From contig MU061560.1 in NCBI GenBank assembly GCA_013265495.1, positions 868,001 to 932,000 of the forward strand: 64,000 nt of DNA. Reading direction: 5' to 3'. The position numbers and the translations under genes are program-made. Shown in pieces: positions 49,369-63,629 of this stretch; the first letter of the stretch is position 1, and every line of letters begins with the position of its first letter. Source of the DNA: Vicugna vicugna (lineage: Eukaryota). A model generated the notes under the pieces. It did not search any database and was not told where the DNA came from. It saw only the letters and a program-made list of their open reading frames with translations.

Positions 49369-49974
49369 GTGAGTAGGTGGGTGAATCTGCCTAACACTGG
49401 GTTCAGTCAGCGAGCCAAATTAGCTCTTATAAGGCTGTGACCTTTGATATAGTCTTTATCAATCAAAAGGTATTTTGAATTGCTATTTGTTTTACTCCTT
49501 TTATTTCCTCTATGTGTATTGGGCCACCTCAATGTTCTGATAGTGGAGAGATGACTTTTGGATTACGAGTGACCTAATGTGTGGATATTTGCATAAAGTA
49601 AAAATTATTTTTGTGGTATCTCTTAGCACCACCTAAGCGTTATCAGTCAGATAGCTATGCATCATTAAAGGGACCTTTATTATCCCCTAGAGGGATCAGA
49701 GGGCTGATCGGCTATTCTGACAGGAGAATGGAATATCAAAGTGCAATCAGAAAATCCAGAGAAAGGGTTACAGTTTGCAACTAAGCAGTGTTTTTGGCTA
49801 TGTCCAGCTAATTTTCTGTTTTGCCTTTCTCCTTCACAGCTGAGCTTAGGGAAGCTTCAAGCATCTGTTCACAGGGCGGACCCTGGAGGTTATGGTTGCT
49901 CTGAGTGGAATAGGTCCTTTCTCATCCTTATTTCCCACCCTTAATTCTCACACGACCTTTGCTCAGAACAAGAG

Positions 49975-50160
49975 CTACTATTTATCAGGGTCTATTAGGT
50001 TCTACACTTTAAATATATTATTTCATTTCATCTTCATGACAATGCTACAAAGCTGATTTTACTATCAATATTTTTAATGAGGAAGAAATTGAGATCCAGA
50101 GAAGTTATGTGACCACAAGACAGAAACAGGACTTGAAATTAAGTCTCTCAGACTGAGATT
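49975..50160 (-). mobile_element. MIR
   Basis: 'atttcatttcatcttcatgacaat...aatgaggaagaaattgagatccagagaagttatgtgac'. Confidence 0.7.
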
Positions 50161-51609
50161 TTCAATTGGATGGTATATATGAGAAAGTAACCAAGTGCAT
50201 ATTTGTTATGTGAACTCTGCAGTTACGAGGTTATGTGGGCAAACAAAAGCTGTTATGACTGGTCACTAAGGGGCTGATAGCAGAGTTTGGGAGACTGGTG
50301 TCAAAAACTTCTTCCCTTCACATGTACAGATCCGGATTGGGACTTTTGGATCAATAGCATAAAAAATCATGCTGAAAGACTGTATCACCATAAATGTTGT
50401 CTAGGGAGAGGGTTTGATTTTATTTTAGTTTAATTTAAATCCTTTATATTAAACACAATAATATCCCAAATATTTATTACGTAACATAGGAGCACACATG
50501 GTGTTGTAAATATTTCAGTATGGTCACCTAGAGCAATGGTAGTTGGGTATGGCAAACATTCATTTAAAAAATCTGAGCTGTCAAAATGAATTCTTGAAAG
50601 TACAGTCACATTTTAGCATTCCTGATACAGAAAAAGATGACAGGGTTCATTGTCAACACAATGACATTTTCTTGCTGAGATGGAACTCTGCAAGCATATT
50701 TGCTTGCATGGACCTAAAAAGAGTCATTTCACCCTTGAGGAATTTTTACTTTTTTTATTTGACCATCTCGTTATTGTTTCCTCTGTTGTCTTAAGGAGGT
50801 CAGTTTTGAAGCTTTGTGGGGAACGATGCTTCCTGCTTTATTGTGCCATGTTCTTAAAGTGACAGAATAGATCTGATGTTCTGACTAGCAGGTTGGAGAG
50901 CGGCTTGAAAAGATCTTGCAAAGAGAAGTCCGCAAGGATGGTTGATATAAATAAACCCTGTTGTATTTTAGTTTATTAATAATTAATTAATTAATTAAGT
51001 ATTCTTTTCCTGAAACACAGTTCAAAGGCCTGGAGGCACCAGCTCTTGGTGATTAAGTCTCTTATGATACGAACAGAACTGGAAAGAAAGGATGTGAGAC
51101 AACTAACTCCCATTTTTACTTCATCAGAGATACTGGCTTCTAATACCTACAAGAGATCCAGCATTTGGGGTGTTCACAAATGTTTTGAATAATGGAGATT
51201 ATACTTCCGTAATCTTATTGAGTACATATAGGATTCCAAGCCTGTGTTAAATCTTTCTGCAATTTAATGGTGCTTAAAATATGCATACCCTTCAGTCAAA
51301 ATTTCTTGTGTGTGGTGCTACCAAAAATGTATACCTTTCTTCTTAAAATAAATGAGTTTCTAGAATTTAAACAATGTGTTGAGCCCACCCCATAGACCAG
51401 ACCCTCAGTCTTCCCCCAAGCCTTGGCCAGTGGATAACCATGCTCTTATTCTGTCATTAAGGAGGTGGAGAGTCAGGTGAGTTAAATAACTTACCTAAGT
51501 TCACAGGCTGGTGAGAATTCACTCCGGATCTCTCTGACAGCAGAACTACTGCTTTTCCTGCTACACTCTACTGTATAGAATTGTAGTTTTTATATATTGG
51601 CCATCTTTA

Positions 51610-52012
51610 AAAATTTTTATTTATTGTTATTTATTTTTATTGACATATAGCTGATGTACATTATTATATGTTACAGTACAGGTATACAAAATAGTGATTC
51701 ACAACCTTTAAGGTTTATCCTCCATTTATGGTTATTATAAAATATTGGCTGTGTTCCCTGGGTCATACAGTATAACCTTGTAGTTTATATGTAATACTTT
51801 GTATCTCTTAATCCTCTCCCCTCCTTCCCTCTCCTCACTGGTGACCACTGGTTTGTTCTCTATATCTGTCAGCCTGCTGCTTTTGTGTTATAGTCAACAG
51901 TTTACTGTTTTTTTAGATTACACATATAAGTGCTATTATACAGTGTTTGTCTTTCTCTGATTTATTTCACTTTGCAGAACACCCTCCAAGTCCATCCATG
52001 TTGCTACAAATT
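51610..52012 (-). mobile_element. L1 3' end
   Basis: 'ttattgacatatagctgatgtac...ggtttgttctctatatctg...ccctccaagtccatccatgttgctacaaat'. Confidence 0.88.
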
Positions 52013-52424
52013 CATCCAATCATCTTTTAATGAGTTGGAGAACTACAAAGCACTGATTTCTGCAGTAAAATAGTTAATTTTAGGGAATGCATATAAAAAT
52101 GGTGCACATTATACTTCCATTTATCTCTTTTGTAAATTTGATTTTTTGTATGTTAATTAAAAAATTATAGCTATAACAATGTTATTAGCATTTATTATTA
52201 GTATAATTTTTAAAATAATATAAAACCTTTGTAATGTGTTTGGTACTTTATGCATGATATTTAATTCTTATAACAATCATATATAAAATAGACATATTAC
52301 CCTTATTTACAGTTGGGGAAAATAAAGGACAGTGAGGTTAAATTACGTGTCCAAGATATATAGCTAAGAAATTGGAACACTGTGTATAATTTTTTCACCA
52401 TGGGTTGTCTTAATGATTTTTTAA

Positions 52425-52887
52425 TTTTTTAATTTTATTTTAATTCTATTTTATTTAAGTTTTTTAATATTTTATTTTATTGAGTTATAGTCAGTTTGCA
52501 ATGTTGTCAATTTCCAGTGTAGAGCACAAGTCTTCAGTTATGCATGAACATGCATATATTCATGTCACATACTTTTTACCATGAGCTAACACAAGATCCT
52601 GTATACATTTTCCTGTTCTATACAGTATAATCGTGTTTATCTATTCTATATATACCCGTTAGTATTTACAAATTTCTAACTCCCAGTCTGTCCCTTCCCA
52701 CTCCCCTCCCCCCGGGCATCCACATGTTTGTATGCTATATCTATGAGTCTGTTTCTATTTTGTATTTATGTTCATTTGTCTTTTTCTTGTCTTTCCTTTT
52801 TCTTTAGATCCCACTTATGAGCTATCTCATAGGATATTTTTCTTTCTCTTTCTGGCTTACTTCACTTAGAATGACACTCTCCAGGGA
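52425..52887 (-). mobile_element. Young 5'-truncated L1 with perfect 16-bp TSD
   Basis: TSD cttaatgattttttaa at 52409-52424 and 52888-52903. Confidence 0.93.
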
Positions 52888-53899
52888 CTTAATGATTTTT
52901 TAAAAAAGCTAAATTGTAATATTCATTTTTGAGTGGATCTCCAAGTGGGAACTGGCCATTCTCATCAACATGAGGATGAACAGGTTCTTGCCAGTCAAAA
53001 AGCAACAAGTATCTATTTTACTAAGAAAATACAGATTAACGTTATAATACCAGTAGCAGTTACTTTGGTGATAAATTAATGATAAATCATTAAATAGTAA
53101 AGGAAGAAACCAATTTTGAAATTAGACTTTGTTTTTACATCAGAGGAAAGAAAAACATTATCCTCCTTAAGAAAAGAAGTGAGAAAGAGCAAACACTCTT
53201 TCTACAAAAAAAAAAAAAGCACTTTACTAAAAGCACTTTCCACAAAGAAAGGGGTAACCAGAAAATACGATATCAATTCTTTTATTTGCCCTAAACTGTA
53301 AGTAATTGAAACTTTGACTAAGAAAAAAAGTAACAACTAATATGGAACTTTATATAATGGGGTATGACCTGGTTTTTCTCAATTTTTTATTTTCAGATAA
53401 AAAAAGTGATTTTTTTCTTTATAAATATATTTTCCAATCCTTCACTTAAAAAATAAAACAAGCAAAATCTCCCCAATACTCAGGGAAGGGAACAAAATGC
53501 AACAAAAAGATGTGTTTGTGCTGAAATTAGGAAAGAGCTAAATATTGCAATAGCCAAAGATCATAGGAAGCAGAACAATAGTTTTGGAACCAAATTAAAG
53601 ATGCTATCAGGAGACAGGTCCCACATCTCCAGCTCCTGACTACTGCAGAAAGGAAGTGGAAAAACTTTTGGGTAACTCTGCTGTTTTCCTCACCTGGTAG
53701 GATGAAGAATCAATAGCAAGTACAAGAAACGCCTCATTCAGTGCATGTTTCTTTAATGCATTACTGCAGGGAAGCTAGTGTCAAGGGATGTCAACAGCAA
53801 GGTCAGCTCAGATTGTCGCAGGGTGATTATGCTTCACTCGACCTAAGCCTGGTATATATGTCCTACCCCCTGGGTTGGAGTTTGAGCTCCACATAAACA

Positions 53900-55495
53900 A
53901 TATGAATTGAATGTGAGGAAAAAGTGGGTTAATTTTATTCTCAGAAAAGGGAGAGACAGATCTTGGAGATGTAAACAGTAGTCACTGACTATATTCACTA
54001 AAAACAGAATAAAGATTATTGAAGACTAAGGCACACCTAGTAAAGTCATTAATTTTCAGTGTTAAAGTGGGAATCCTATAAATACACAAAGAGAAGAAAC
54101 AATTCATCAATTAAGGGACATCAGTTTAATTTCAGAAACTTTATATGTGAAAGAACAGGAGAGCAATACCTCCAGAATTTGGAGGGAGAATGTATTCCTT
54201 CCATGCAGGGCATATCCAACCAAGTTCTCATTAGCATGTCAAGGCAACAGACATGGGTTTCCAACATACAAAGACTCTGTAACTATATACCCTATGGACT
54301 CTACCTAAAAAATCTACTTGGATGCATAATCTATTCAAGCAAAAGATTGAAACTGTGAGAAGAAAATTGTGGCGAATACTACTTTTTAAAAACGTAATTA
54401 CTGCAGTTTAAAAATTTAAATCATAGTTGCAAAACTAACATGATAACTCGTGAGCAAAGCTATATAATCAAATAATTAATTTTTACTAATAATTCAGTTA
54501 TATGTACCAGAGAAAATATCCCAAACTTGTCACTAAGACTGGAAGATGAAGGGAGGGAGAAGTGGTAAACTTAAACAAATTTTTATGTCATTTATAGATG
54601 ACATAAATGATATGGCGTCTAAATATATAAATATAACCTTAGAAAATAAGAAATAAAAAAATACAATTGCAACCAGCAATTTTAAATACTTCTTTTATCC
54701 TGGACAGATTGAGAAATCCAAAATTCAATAAGGATATAATATTTCTAATTATAAAATTTAGTTTAATTAATAGATTTGCAATAAAAATTAAAATTTTTAT
54801 CATAGAAGCTCTACCTTTTTTAAAGTCTTTGGGAACTCACAAATAAAATCTCAATAAATTTTAGAAATTAGAAAAGCATAATCTCTAAATACAATTTAGT
54901 AAAAACAAGATATACCTAGCAAAAGTAAAAAAAAGAAACAATTACTTTATCCAACTGTTGAGTCAAAACAGAAAATAAAAACTCAAATTACAGAATATTT
55001 TGAAAATAATATTGAGGACACTACATCTAAAAACTCAAGAAAAAAACCCAAAAATAATTTAGCACTCAGTACAGAATATTGAACAAATATATCCAAGGAA
55101 AGCAAAAGAAATAAATAAATTACTAAAGATAAAATATAAATTAATAAATTAGAAATAGAAAAAATATTAGAATTGATATGTCTAGGAGATTTAAACAATA
55201 GTAACAAAAACTTATTGAAATAGGTAACTTTCCACTTGGCTTTATTAGGATATAGATGGCAAAAGATGAAAGCACAAATAAATAGATTTAAGTGTGAGAA
55301 CAAGGAATGATCCACCAGTACAGACATGACAGAGCTACAAGAAAATAGTTTTCAACATTCTATCTAATAGATATGAAACACTCCTCGAATGGATGATTTT
55401 CCGGGAAATACGTTCCCCAAATTAACTCCTACAGGAAAAGAAAAATATAAACACCCAATAACCAGGAGGGAAATTAGACAGTTGTCCAAGAATCA
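53900..55495 (+). mobile_element. Very old L1 (L1ME/L1M5-like) ORF1-ORF2 5' remnant
   Basis: A-rich strand bias; 'gagacagatcttggagatgtaaaca', 'tctcaataaattttagaaattagaaa', 'gaatggatgattttccgggaaatac..ccaaattaactc'. Confidence 0.6.
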
Positions 55496-55519
55496 CTACA
55501 TTAATCTCCATTTATTATG

Positions 55520-56468
55520 TTTTTAAATTGAAGTATAGTTGATTTACAATATTGTATTAGTTTCAGTTATACAGCAAAGTGATTTGGTAATATGTATATG
55601 TATACACACACATACACACACACACACACACATGCATGGATATATATATACATATTCTTTTTTAATTCTTTTTCATTATAGGTTATTACAAGATACTGAA
55701 TATAGTTCCCTATGCTCTGCAGCAAGTCCTTGTTGGTTACCTATTTTATATATAGTAGTGTGTATCTGTTAATCACATATTCCTAATTTATCCCTTCCTC
55801 CCTTTTCCCTTTGATAACCATACTTTTGTTTTCTCTGTGAATCTGTTTCTATTTTGTACATAAGTTCATTTATATTATTTTTTAGATTCTACATGTAAAT
55901 GATATATATTATTTGTCTTTCTCTATCTAACTTTATTTAGTATGATAATCTCTTGGTCCATCCATGTTGCTGCAAATGGCAGTATTTCATTTTTAATGGC
56001 TGAGTAGTATTCCAGAGTGTGTGTGTGTGTGTACACCACATCTTCTTTATCCAGTCATCTGTTGATGAACATTTAGCTGCTTTCATGTCTTGGCTGCTGT
56101 AAATAGTGCCGCCATGATCATTAGGCTTCATGTATCTTCTTGAATTAGCATTTTTGTCTTTCCCAGATACACACTCAGGAGTGGAACTGCTGGATCATAT
56201 GGTAACTTTATTTTTAATTTTTAAGAAACTTCCATATTGTTTTCCATAGTGGCTTCACCAATTTACAGTCCCACTAACAGTGTAGGAGGGTTCCCTTTTC
56301 TTCACACCCTTTTCAGCATTTATTATTTGCAAACTTTTTATGATGGCCATTCTGAATATTGATTTGCATTTCTCTAATAATTAGCAATGTTGAACATCTT
56401 TTCATGTGCCTGTTGGCCATCTGTATGTCTTCTTCGGAGAAATGTCTTGATTTCCTGCTCATTTTTTG
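55520..56468 (-). mobile_element. 5'-truncated L1 (ORF2 end plus 3' UTR) with CA/TG microsatellites
   Basis: 'ttgaagtatagttgatttacaatattg...ggctgagtagtattcc...ttcttcggagaaatgtct'; degenerate TSD tccatttattat / tccatctgttat. Confidence 0.9.
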
Positions 56469-57414
56469 TCCATCTGTTATTTTTAAAAATAAGGACTTTG
56501 CATGTTTGCAGTGCAGTATTTATTATCCATGATATTTAAAAATTACATCTAGCAATCTCATTATTTTGATATATATTTTGTCTGGTTTAGATATTTGAAT
56601 TGGTTTAAAACATTTATTTAATTATTTTGGTTAATATCCTCTTGTCTGTATGGAATTCAATGTCTGGTTTGAAATTGTTCTTATCAACTACAAAATCTAC
56701 AATCACTTTGCTAGAAGGAATCTTGCCATTCAGTTCCCTCCATCTCCATGTTAGGAAATACATTCAGAGAGGTGAGATGATTTTCTTTATCAGAGTCATC
56801 CAGCAAGCTTGTGGTAGAACGAGCATTAGAAAAGACTGGTCACCTCACCAGACGAGAAAACGTCGGAAAAGATTCCTTTGCTAGGAGTTGGATGAAGAGA
56901 AATTTACTGTTATATGTAACTCTCAGATTTTATTCTTATCAGTGCTTCAGCCTTAGTTAACAACGTAGAGTGCTTTCAGTTCTTATTATTTATACATATA
57001 CTTTAAAAAAGCATCTTAAGGAAGCTAATTTGTAAAACTATTTTAAAACTTCCTGAGTTTGTAAAAAAAAAAATATGTTTTGAGGAGATTGCCTTCAAAA
57101 CCAGAGCTGAGGGTAACAGATGTCTCACAAATTGCAAAGTTTTTGCGGATGTACAAGAATTTTTAAATGGTCCCCAAAGATCTGTGGCATCCCAGATGTT
57201 CAGTGATGAGGTGGGTTCGTTTAATTGATATTCTACAAGAATCAGGTCCCTTAAGATTTATAGCACCATGTGCATGAGGACCTGGCTGCTTCTTTTTTCT
57301 ATTCTGACAAAGACTATATTTATAGGCAGGGCCTGAAATCTTCTGAAGGTCAGCCTTAGTTTACATGTAAGTAAATCGGTATGTTTTAATCCACAGACCT
57401 GGAAGAATTCAACA

Positions 57415-58215
57415 ATGCTTTGCAAATTCCATGAGGGTAAGTTGTTTGTTACATCCCTTTGCCCATTATAGTGCCTGCAACACAGTGTATGCTCAGCAAA
57501 CATTCATTAAATGAATAAATATACAATTTCTCTAATAATACGTCCTCCTTAAAGCATGTGTTTTCTTGAGGTTCAGAGCATCTTTTGCCTGGGCTATAGC
57601 AACCTTCAGTCCAGTTTCCTTGACTGTAGTCTCATCCCTACTTCTCATCCATTTTTCAGTCTAGAGCCAGATCTAAAATGAATTTCTGATCTTGTCACTC
57701 TTTAAAATTCTTCAAAAGTTCACCATCAGTTCCAGGATTAAGCTAAACACTTTCCCGGTGGTGTATGAAGCTCTCCAGGATCTGGCTTAAGCCCTCTATA
57801 AGTGTTATCTGCATCACACATTGTGTTCTAATAACCACAAATTGCTTTATTGTTCTCTGCACAAACTAGAGGCTTCTTCCCTTTTGTTCATGTTTCACCT
57901 TTGCTTGGAATGACCCCATCCCCAGCACTTGCCTTTAAAGATTCAGTGAAGTAGTTCTCCCTTGTGAAGCATCACAATTTGCCCTTCTTCTTTACTTTCT
58001 GGCTGGGTTGCTCGCCCAATTCAGCACTCCCTGGTACCCAAGGGATACCACTATTGTAGAACTTTCTGCATTGCACCGTGATGGTCTTCTATGAGCCTGT
58101 CTTACCTCCCAAACTGTGAGTGTTTACAGGGCAAGGATAAGTTCTCATCTATTTTGAGATTCCCCATACCTGATACAATAAAGGGCAGCTAGGAGACTCC
58201 GTAGATTGGTTGACT
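57415..58215 (+). mobile_element. L2 fragments (two 3' ends)
   Basis: 'tagtgcctgcaacacagtgtatgctcagcaaacattcattaaatgaat'; 'tctgatcttgtcactc..aaaattcttcaa'; 'aaactgtgagtgtttacagggcaagga'. Confidence 0.75.
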
Positions 58216-60096
58216 ACTTTGTAGATATAAAGGAAGAAAAAATTCTCATGCTCAAGATGAAAATAATACATATTTTATCCACCTCTTTTCACACAAAAGA
58301 TTCTGGCCTATCTAATTAAAAAAATTCAAAACCAAAAGATAGCAATTCCATCTCTTCCTCTCAAGAAGGGGGAAAACTGGTAGCAGACTGGGAGGGAGGG
58401 ATGGAGGCAGCCAGGAGGGAGAAGATTAACCCGGGTAGGCGGCAGAGGGAAGGCAGGTGGCCTGGTCTGGTTGGAATGTGATGAGGATGAGCTCTCTCTT
58501 TAGGGTACAAAGTGAACATGTTTCATTATTTATATGCTCCCTCTGTGGGAGGTGGTTCTCACACAGAGATCTCATCTATTCTGGACCAGAGGGGACGCCT
58601 GGTGGGAGTAACCCGAGGGTCTGCTCTTGACATCGCAGCCCTCGCTCTGCTTTCTCTAAGCTTTTTGTTAGCTCGGACCTTTGGCTGTAAGTAGTAAGCT
58701 TGCTACTCACTTAGTAGGGTTTTGTATTCGTGTGGCCTCTGTGTGTGTTAGCTCAGCTCATGAACGTTCCTGTTTGCCTACCAGACAGTCATTCTCCTCT
58801 ACTGTGCTGCTAGAACCGTAACTTTGTGCCCACCCTCGTAGAGTGCTGTGTGTCTCACACAGTCTAGCCAGTGGGCTGGAAGTAGATGACTTTGGGTGGA
58901 GTGTCCAGGAAGCCCTTTTGAAAGGAGTGGATGTGGCTGCCTTGTCCCTTGTCTCGCTTTCTCACTCTCTACTTTTTCTAACGTCTGAAGGTGATGTATC
59001 TGTACTATGAGCATGAGGGAAAGGGACACAGGCTTAAAAGTGCTGTGTTGCTGAGTTACAAGAATTTGGATCACTGATGACTTTTTGGAGCCAAATTATC
59101 ATCCCGACATTTCTCATTTCATGGAAGAATACTGCCCTTCCCCTTTAATGTGCTTATATCACTGCTATTCCTGAGGCAAAATCTACTCCTAACAGAAAAT
59201 CATCTCTTAATGTCATTTAAGAGGAGTTCTAGAGAAGATGACTTTTGTTCGAGAACACTTTAACTGTCTATTTTAGGGGAAAAAAGGAAATTAGGGACAG
59301 TGAGGCCTATTATCTCATATTGATAGACTAAGGCCACAACAATGAGGATAAAATTGCTTTAATTCATAAATAATAAAATACCAGGAGTTTGGTCGTGAGA
59401 AAAGGATGTGTGGGGGAGGACTAGAGAATGAGAAAGAAGAGGAGATATAGAGAAAGGCCGGCTGTGGAGAATTCTATGGCAACACGGTGACAGCCTGGAC
59501 CATGAGGGGAGGGCAACCTTCCCCTGTCAAGAAAGAAAAAAGAACGTCCTCTGCAGAAAGCAATGAACAGGGTCGTCACAAACAGAAGTGGAAAATACTA
59601 AATCCTGCACTGTTGCTTTTTCTATGCTTCATTTCCCTTTTGCTAATCTGATAATTTCAGGAAAATTTTCTGTTCTCCTGGGGGTAACTAAACAGAGGGC
59701 AAGTGTCTACTCTGGGCTGAGCTGTGCAGGAGCTGAACAGGTTTCCTGGGAGGCAGCTCATTATGAGAGGCTAATCAAGCCTTCGGGTAAAGCAGGAAAT
59801 CAGAACGAAAGTGTATCGGAACAGGGCAATTCTTTAACGGTGCTCTAAGGAGAAGCCCTCCAGACTGCTCGGTGCAGGAAAGAGGGCTTGCGGATGCAGT
59901 GAAAGAGGCAGCCAAGACCCTAAAACGTTGGAGGACTCGGGAACGTGCAGCTAGTTAATATCTGGGTTTTATAGAAGAAAAGAGGTGCATTTCCCCTTGA
60001 GTTTTTTCCAGGGGGCACTAATCTTCAGACCAGGAGCTTCCGTTATGCAAGTGAGCACCCTGGGAACGGATTTTTTTTTTTTTGTAACTTTCACAG

Positions 60097-60222
60097 AATG
60101 TTTCTCAAGCTGCTAAATTGGAAATCTGTCCTGCATTATTTTGCTTAACTCAAGGGACCATGTTTGTAGAAAAGCTAGCCCATTGTTTTTCCCCATGAGA
60201 GACCTCTGACATTATAGCAAAG
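60097..60222 (+). ncRNA. Candidate non-coding exon (126 nt)
   Basis: Acceptor 'T13-gtaactttcacag|', consensus donor 'AAG|gtgagt'; stop codons in all three frames. Confidence 0.35.
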
Positions 60223-60576
60223 GTGAGTAACACCACTCTTGGCTGTATTCACTCATTTGTGGTGCGTTTAAAGTATAATGTCAAGGAACTGACAGATTAA
60301 TTTTAAAGGAAAAGTGTGACATTTAGCTGATCAAATTTGGATGGAGGACCACATTTTTCCCACTGAAACCTCCTAACTGACTAAAGAGCTTAGGAGCAAG
60401 AGCCTTTCTGCCATTATATATCATATCACATCTACATTCTAATTTGCATATTTCTACCTAATATCCATTTATTGAAACTCCAAAGCAGCTTAGCTCTCTA
60501 TAAAATGTCCAGGACTACTGGGGCACAAATTTTTGTTTGTAGAATTTCTTTTATTTTTTTCCTTTCTTGTAAATCC

Positions 60577-60824
60577 ATTTTTTTTAATTGAGGTATAGTC
60601 AGTTTACAATGTTGTGTCAGTTTCTGGTGTACAGCACAATGCTCCAGTCGTACATGAACATACATATATTCATTTTCATACTGTTTTTTACCCGTGAGCT
60701 ACTACAAGATATTTAATATATTCCCTGTGCTGTACAGTATAAACTTGTTTGTCTATTTTGTATATACCAGTCAGTATCTGCAAATCTTGAACTCCCAGTT
60801 TATCCTTTCCCACCCCCTTCCCTG
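60577..60824 (-). mobile_element. Short young L1 3' tip
   Basis: 'ttttttaattgaggtatagtcagtttacaatgttgtgtcag...tcctttcccacccccttccc'. Confidence 0.9.
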
Positions 60825-61469
60825 TAGTGTTTCTTTTCAACTTCTGTATATTTGTACCTCTGTCAGACAGGGTCCAATAAGGAATGTTTTCTTAAGAATT
60901 TTTGAGCATAGGCAAATTCAGGAAATTAGGGCTTGCAAAATCATTGGATGGAGTGGAGCGGTGGAATTCAGACAGCTCCCGTTGGATTTTTTTGTCTTCA
61001 AGGTCAATCTACCAGATTTGTAATTCAAAGGTCATGTAGCATCATTGTGTGGCTTCTGCCGCTGTGGTCCACAGCAACTCTACACCCTCCCAGTGGATGA
61101 ATACACTGTGGAAAGTGAAGGTTTTCCACTGCAGACACTTACGTGTGTTCAAGTTTGTTTGTCAGTCGGCACTGTGTCCATCTCTCTTGAACTTTCCGTA
61201 TCTCACGGGAATCCCTCTTGTTGATTGCATCTGTCCATGTAGCCATGTGTGACAAGTGCCAATAGGTAAGACCTAGCAAACTTCCTCTGGAGCTCCAGGC
61301 GTCTTATGGTCCAAGATTTAAGGTAGAATCAGTCTGATTGTTATTGAACAGGTAAAAAAAAATTGCTGGTGTGTATGGTTCTCCCTGGGCTGTTTACCAT
61401 TTGCATAGAACAGGATGCAGAGTGGGGATGGCATTTACTAGGTCCTCTCAAACTCTCAGTCATCTCAAT

Positions 61470-62158
61470 CACCAGTGTCGATAGTCTACATATTCCTGGT
61501 TATCACAAAGGGAAAATATACCTTTACACTGGAAAAATTCTTGTGGTCATCACTTTAAAAAATGTTCAAACTCAGCCACATCTATAGAGGGACAACTGGC
61601 TTTCCAATGGATGCTAGAAGAGATGTGCTACATCACTGTTTAGGTATTTGTGCCAAAAACAAAACAATCTGAATCTGTTTCGGAGGGAAGAGACAGATCC
61701 AGAGTTTGGAAATTGTATGAGACAACTACCTGGACAAGTTTTAAAAGTTGATAACCTGAGAAACAATCAATCAGTCAAACAAATAAACAAACATGTGGGA
61801 CAATGTCCTATATTCAAAGAAACTGAAAAGCCATAACTACAACATGTCATGAAACTTCATTTTACATGTATATGTATGTAAATTTAAATATAAATGGTAT
61901 ATTAGATGACATTATGAATTCTTGAGTGATTATTAGCTTTTTGAGTGTGATTATAATCTATATTTATGCAGGAGACACGTGTTGAAGTTTTTGAGATGAA
62001 GTGATTTACTTTCAAGCGGTTTTACAAAAGAAATCTCACATATGCACAAACAGAAGTTATGTGTAGTAAGTCTAGAAGAAGTGTAAATGGATGTTCATTG
62101 CACTATCTTTTCAAATTTTATGAATGTTTGAAACATCTAACAATAAAAGTTGGAAAAA
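61470..62158 (+). mobile_element. Old L1MC/L1ME 3' region
   Basis: 'gtattagatgacattatgaatt...gttcattgcactatcttttcaaatttt..atgtttgaaa..caataaaagttggaaaa'. Confidence 0.65.
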
Positions 62159-62944
62159 GGAGAAGAACCCTGGTCTTCATTAAACTCAGTCTGCTGACAC
62201 GGCAGGTGCCAGTGTTTGGATGCTCCGGTTGGTTCTTCACAGACTAGTCCCACTGACTGTCACAAGGGGCCTGTGGATTGCACTCTCTAGGGAAGAGGGG
62301 TTCACAGCATCATGATTTAGCAGACAAGGCATTCAACATGTTAGTACCTGTTAAACATGAGATTATATATTAGTAAGAACCATGTTTCATTGAATTTAAG
62401 ATATGAAATATTATAAAATGCACTCAAATTTTACATATAGTCAAGAAAGAAAAAAATGTATTACTTTGTACAATGTCTTCTAATGCTAATTTTAAGAAGG
62501 ATCCCAATATAAGAAATGCTAAAATATAAAAACAAGCATGAGTCCTAGAGTCAGTGCTGTACACTTCCCCCCCCAAAATGGATAATTACGTAGGAGAATC
62601 AGTATAAATTCATCTAGATCTAGCCATTGTCCTATTTATTGCATCTCTAAGGGAAAAATATTAAGAAGAATTTTAATGATGAATTTTAATAATGTATGAC
62701 ATAAGGTCTCCTGCCTGTGAAACAGACATGGTTTGATCTATTAGTTATAGAAGTAGTGGAGCAAAATAATGTAGAAATTGTGCAGAAGAAGGCAGAGATT
62801 TTGACTCCTGTCATACATTTCAATCCTATGTCATTGGGCTGCTAATGTTCTTAGTTTCAGGATATAGATAAGAGTATTTTTCCTAAGTCATAAGAAATAT
62901 TATAGGTGAGAAATAATAAAAACAAAATAATATTAACAATTGCC

Positions 62945-63464
62945 TGTGCACCGACAGATGACTAGATAAAGAAGTTGTGGTATATTTATACAATGGAATA
63001 CTACTCAGCCATAAAAAATGATAAAATAATGCCATTGGCAGCAACATGGATGGCCCTGGAAAATATCATTCTAAGTGAAGTAAGCTAGAAAGAGAAAGAA
63101 AAATACCATATGATATTTCTCATATGTGGAATTCAAAAAAAAGAGAGAAATGAACTTATATATAAAATAGAAACAGACTCACAGGCATAGAATACAGACT
63201 TGTGGTTGCCAAGGGTGAAAGCAGGTGGGATGGGTGGGAGTTCGAGATTTGCAGATACTGATTGGCATATATAAAATAGATAAACAAATTTATACTGTAT
63301 AGCACAGGGAACTATATTCAGTATTTTGTAGTAGCTCACAGTGAACAAGAATATGAAAATGTATATATGTATATTCATATATGACTGAAGAATTGTGCTG
63401 TACACCAGAAATTGACACAACATTGTAAACCTCAATAAAAAAAACTCCCTCCTCCAAAAAAAAA
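62945..63464 (+). mobile_element. Young 5'-truncated L1
   Basis: 'acagatgactagataaagaagttgtgg...cattgtaaacctcaataaaaaaaa'; probable TSD aacaattgcc / aacagttgcc (62935-62944, 63465-63474). Confidence 0.92.
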
Positions 63465-63629
63465 AACAGTTGCCAAAAACTGCATAGTGTAAAATCACAC
63501 ACACACATACACACTGCCCCCCAAACCAAACAAAAACAAAACTAACCCCTTTCTCCACCAAAATAAAACTAAAACCCCAATTCAAGGCATCATTAAGACC
63601 TGGTACAGTGATTATGATAGATAATATTA

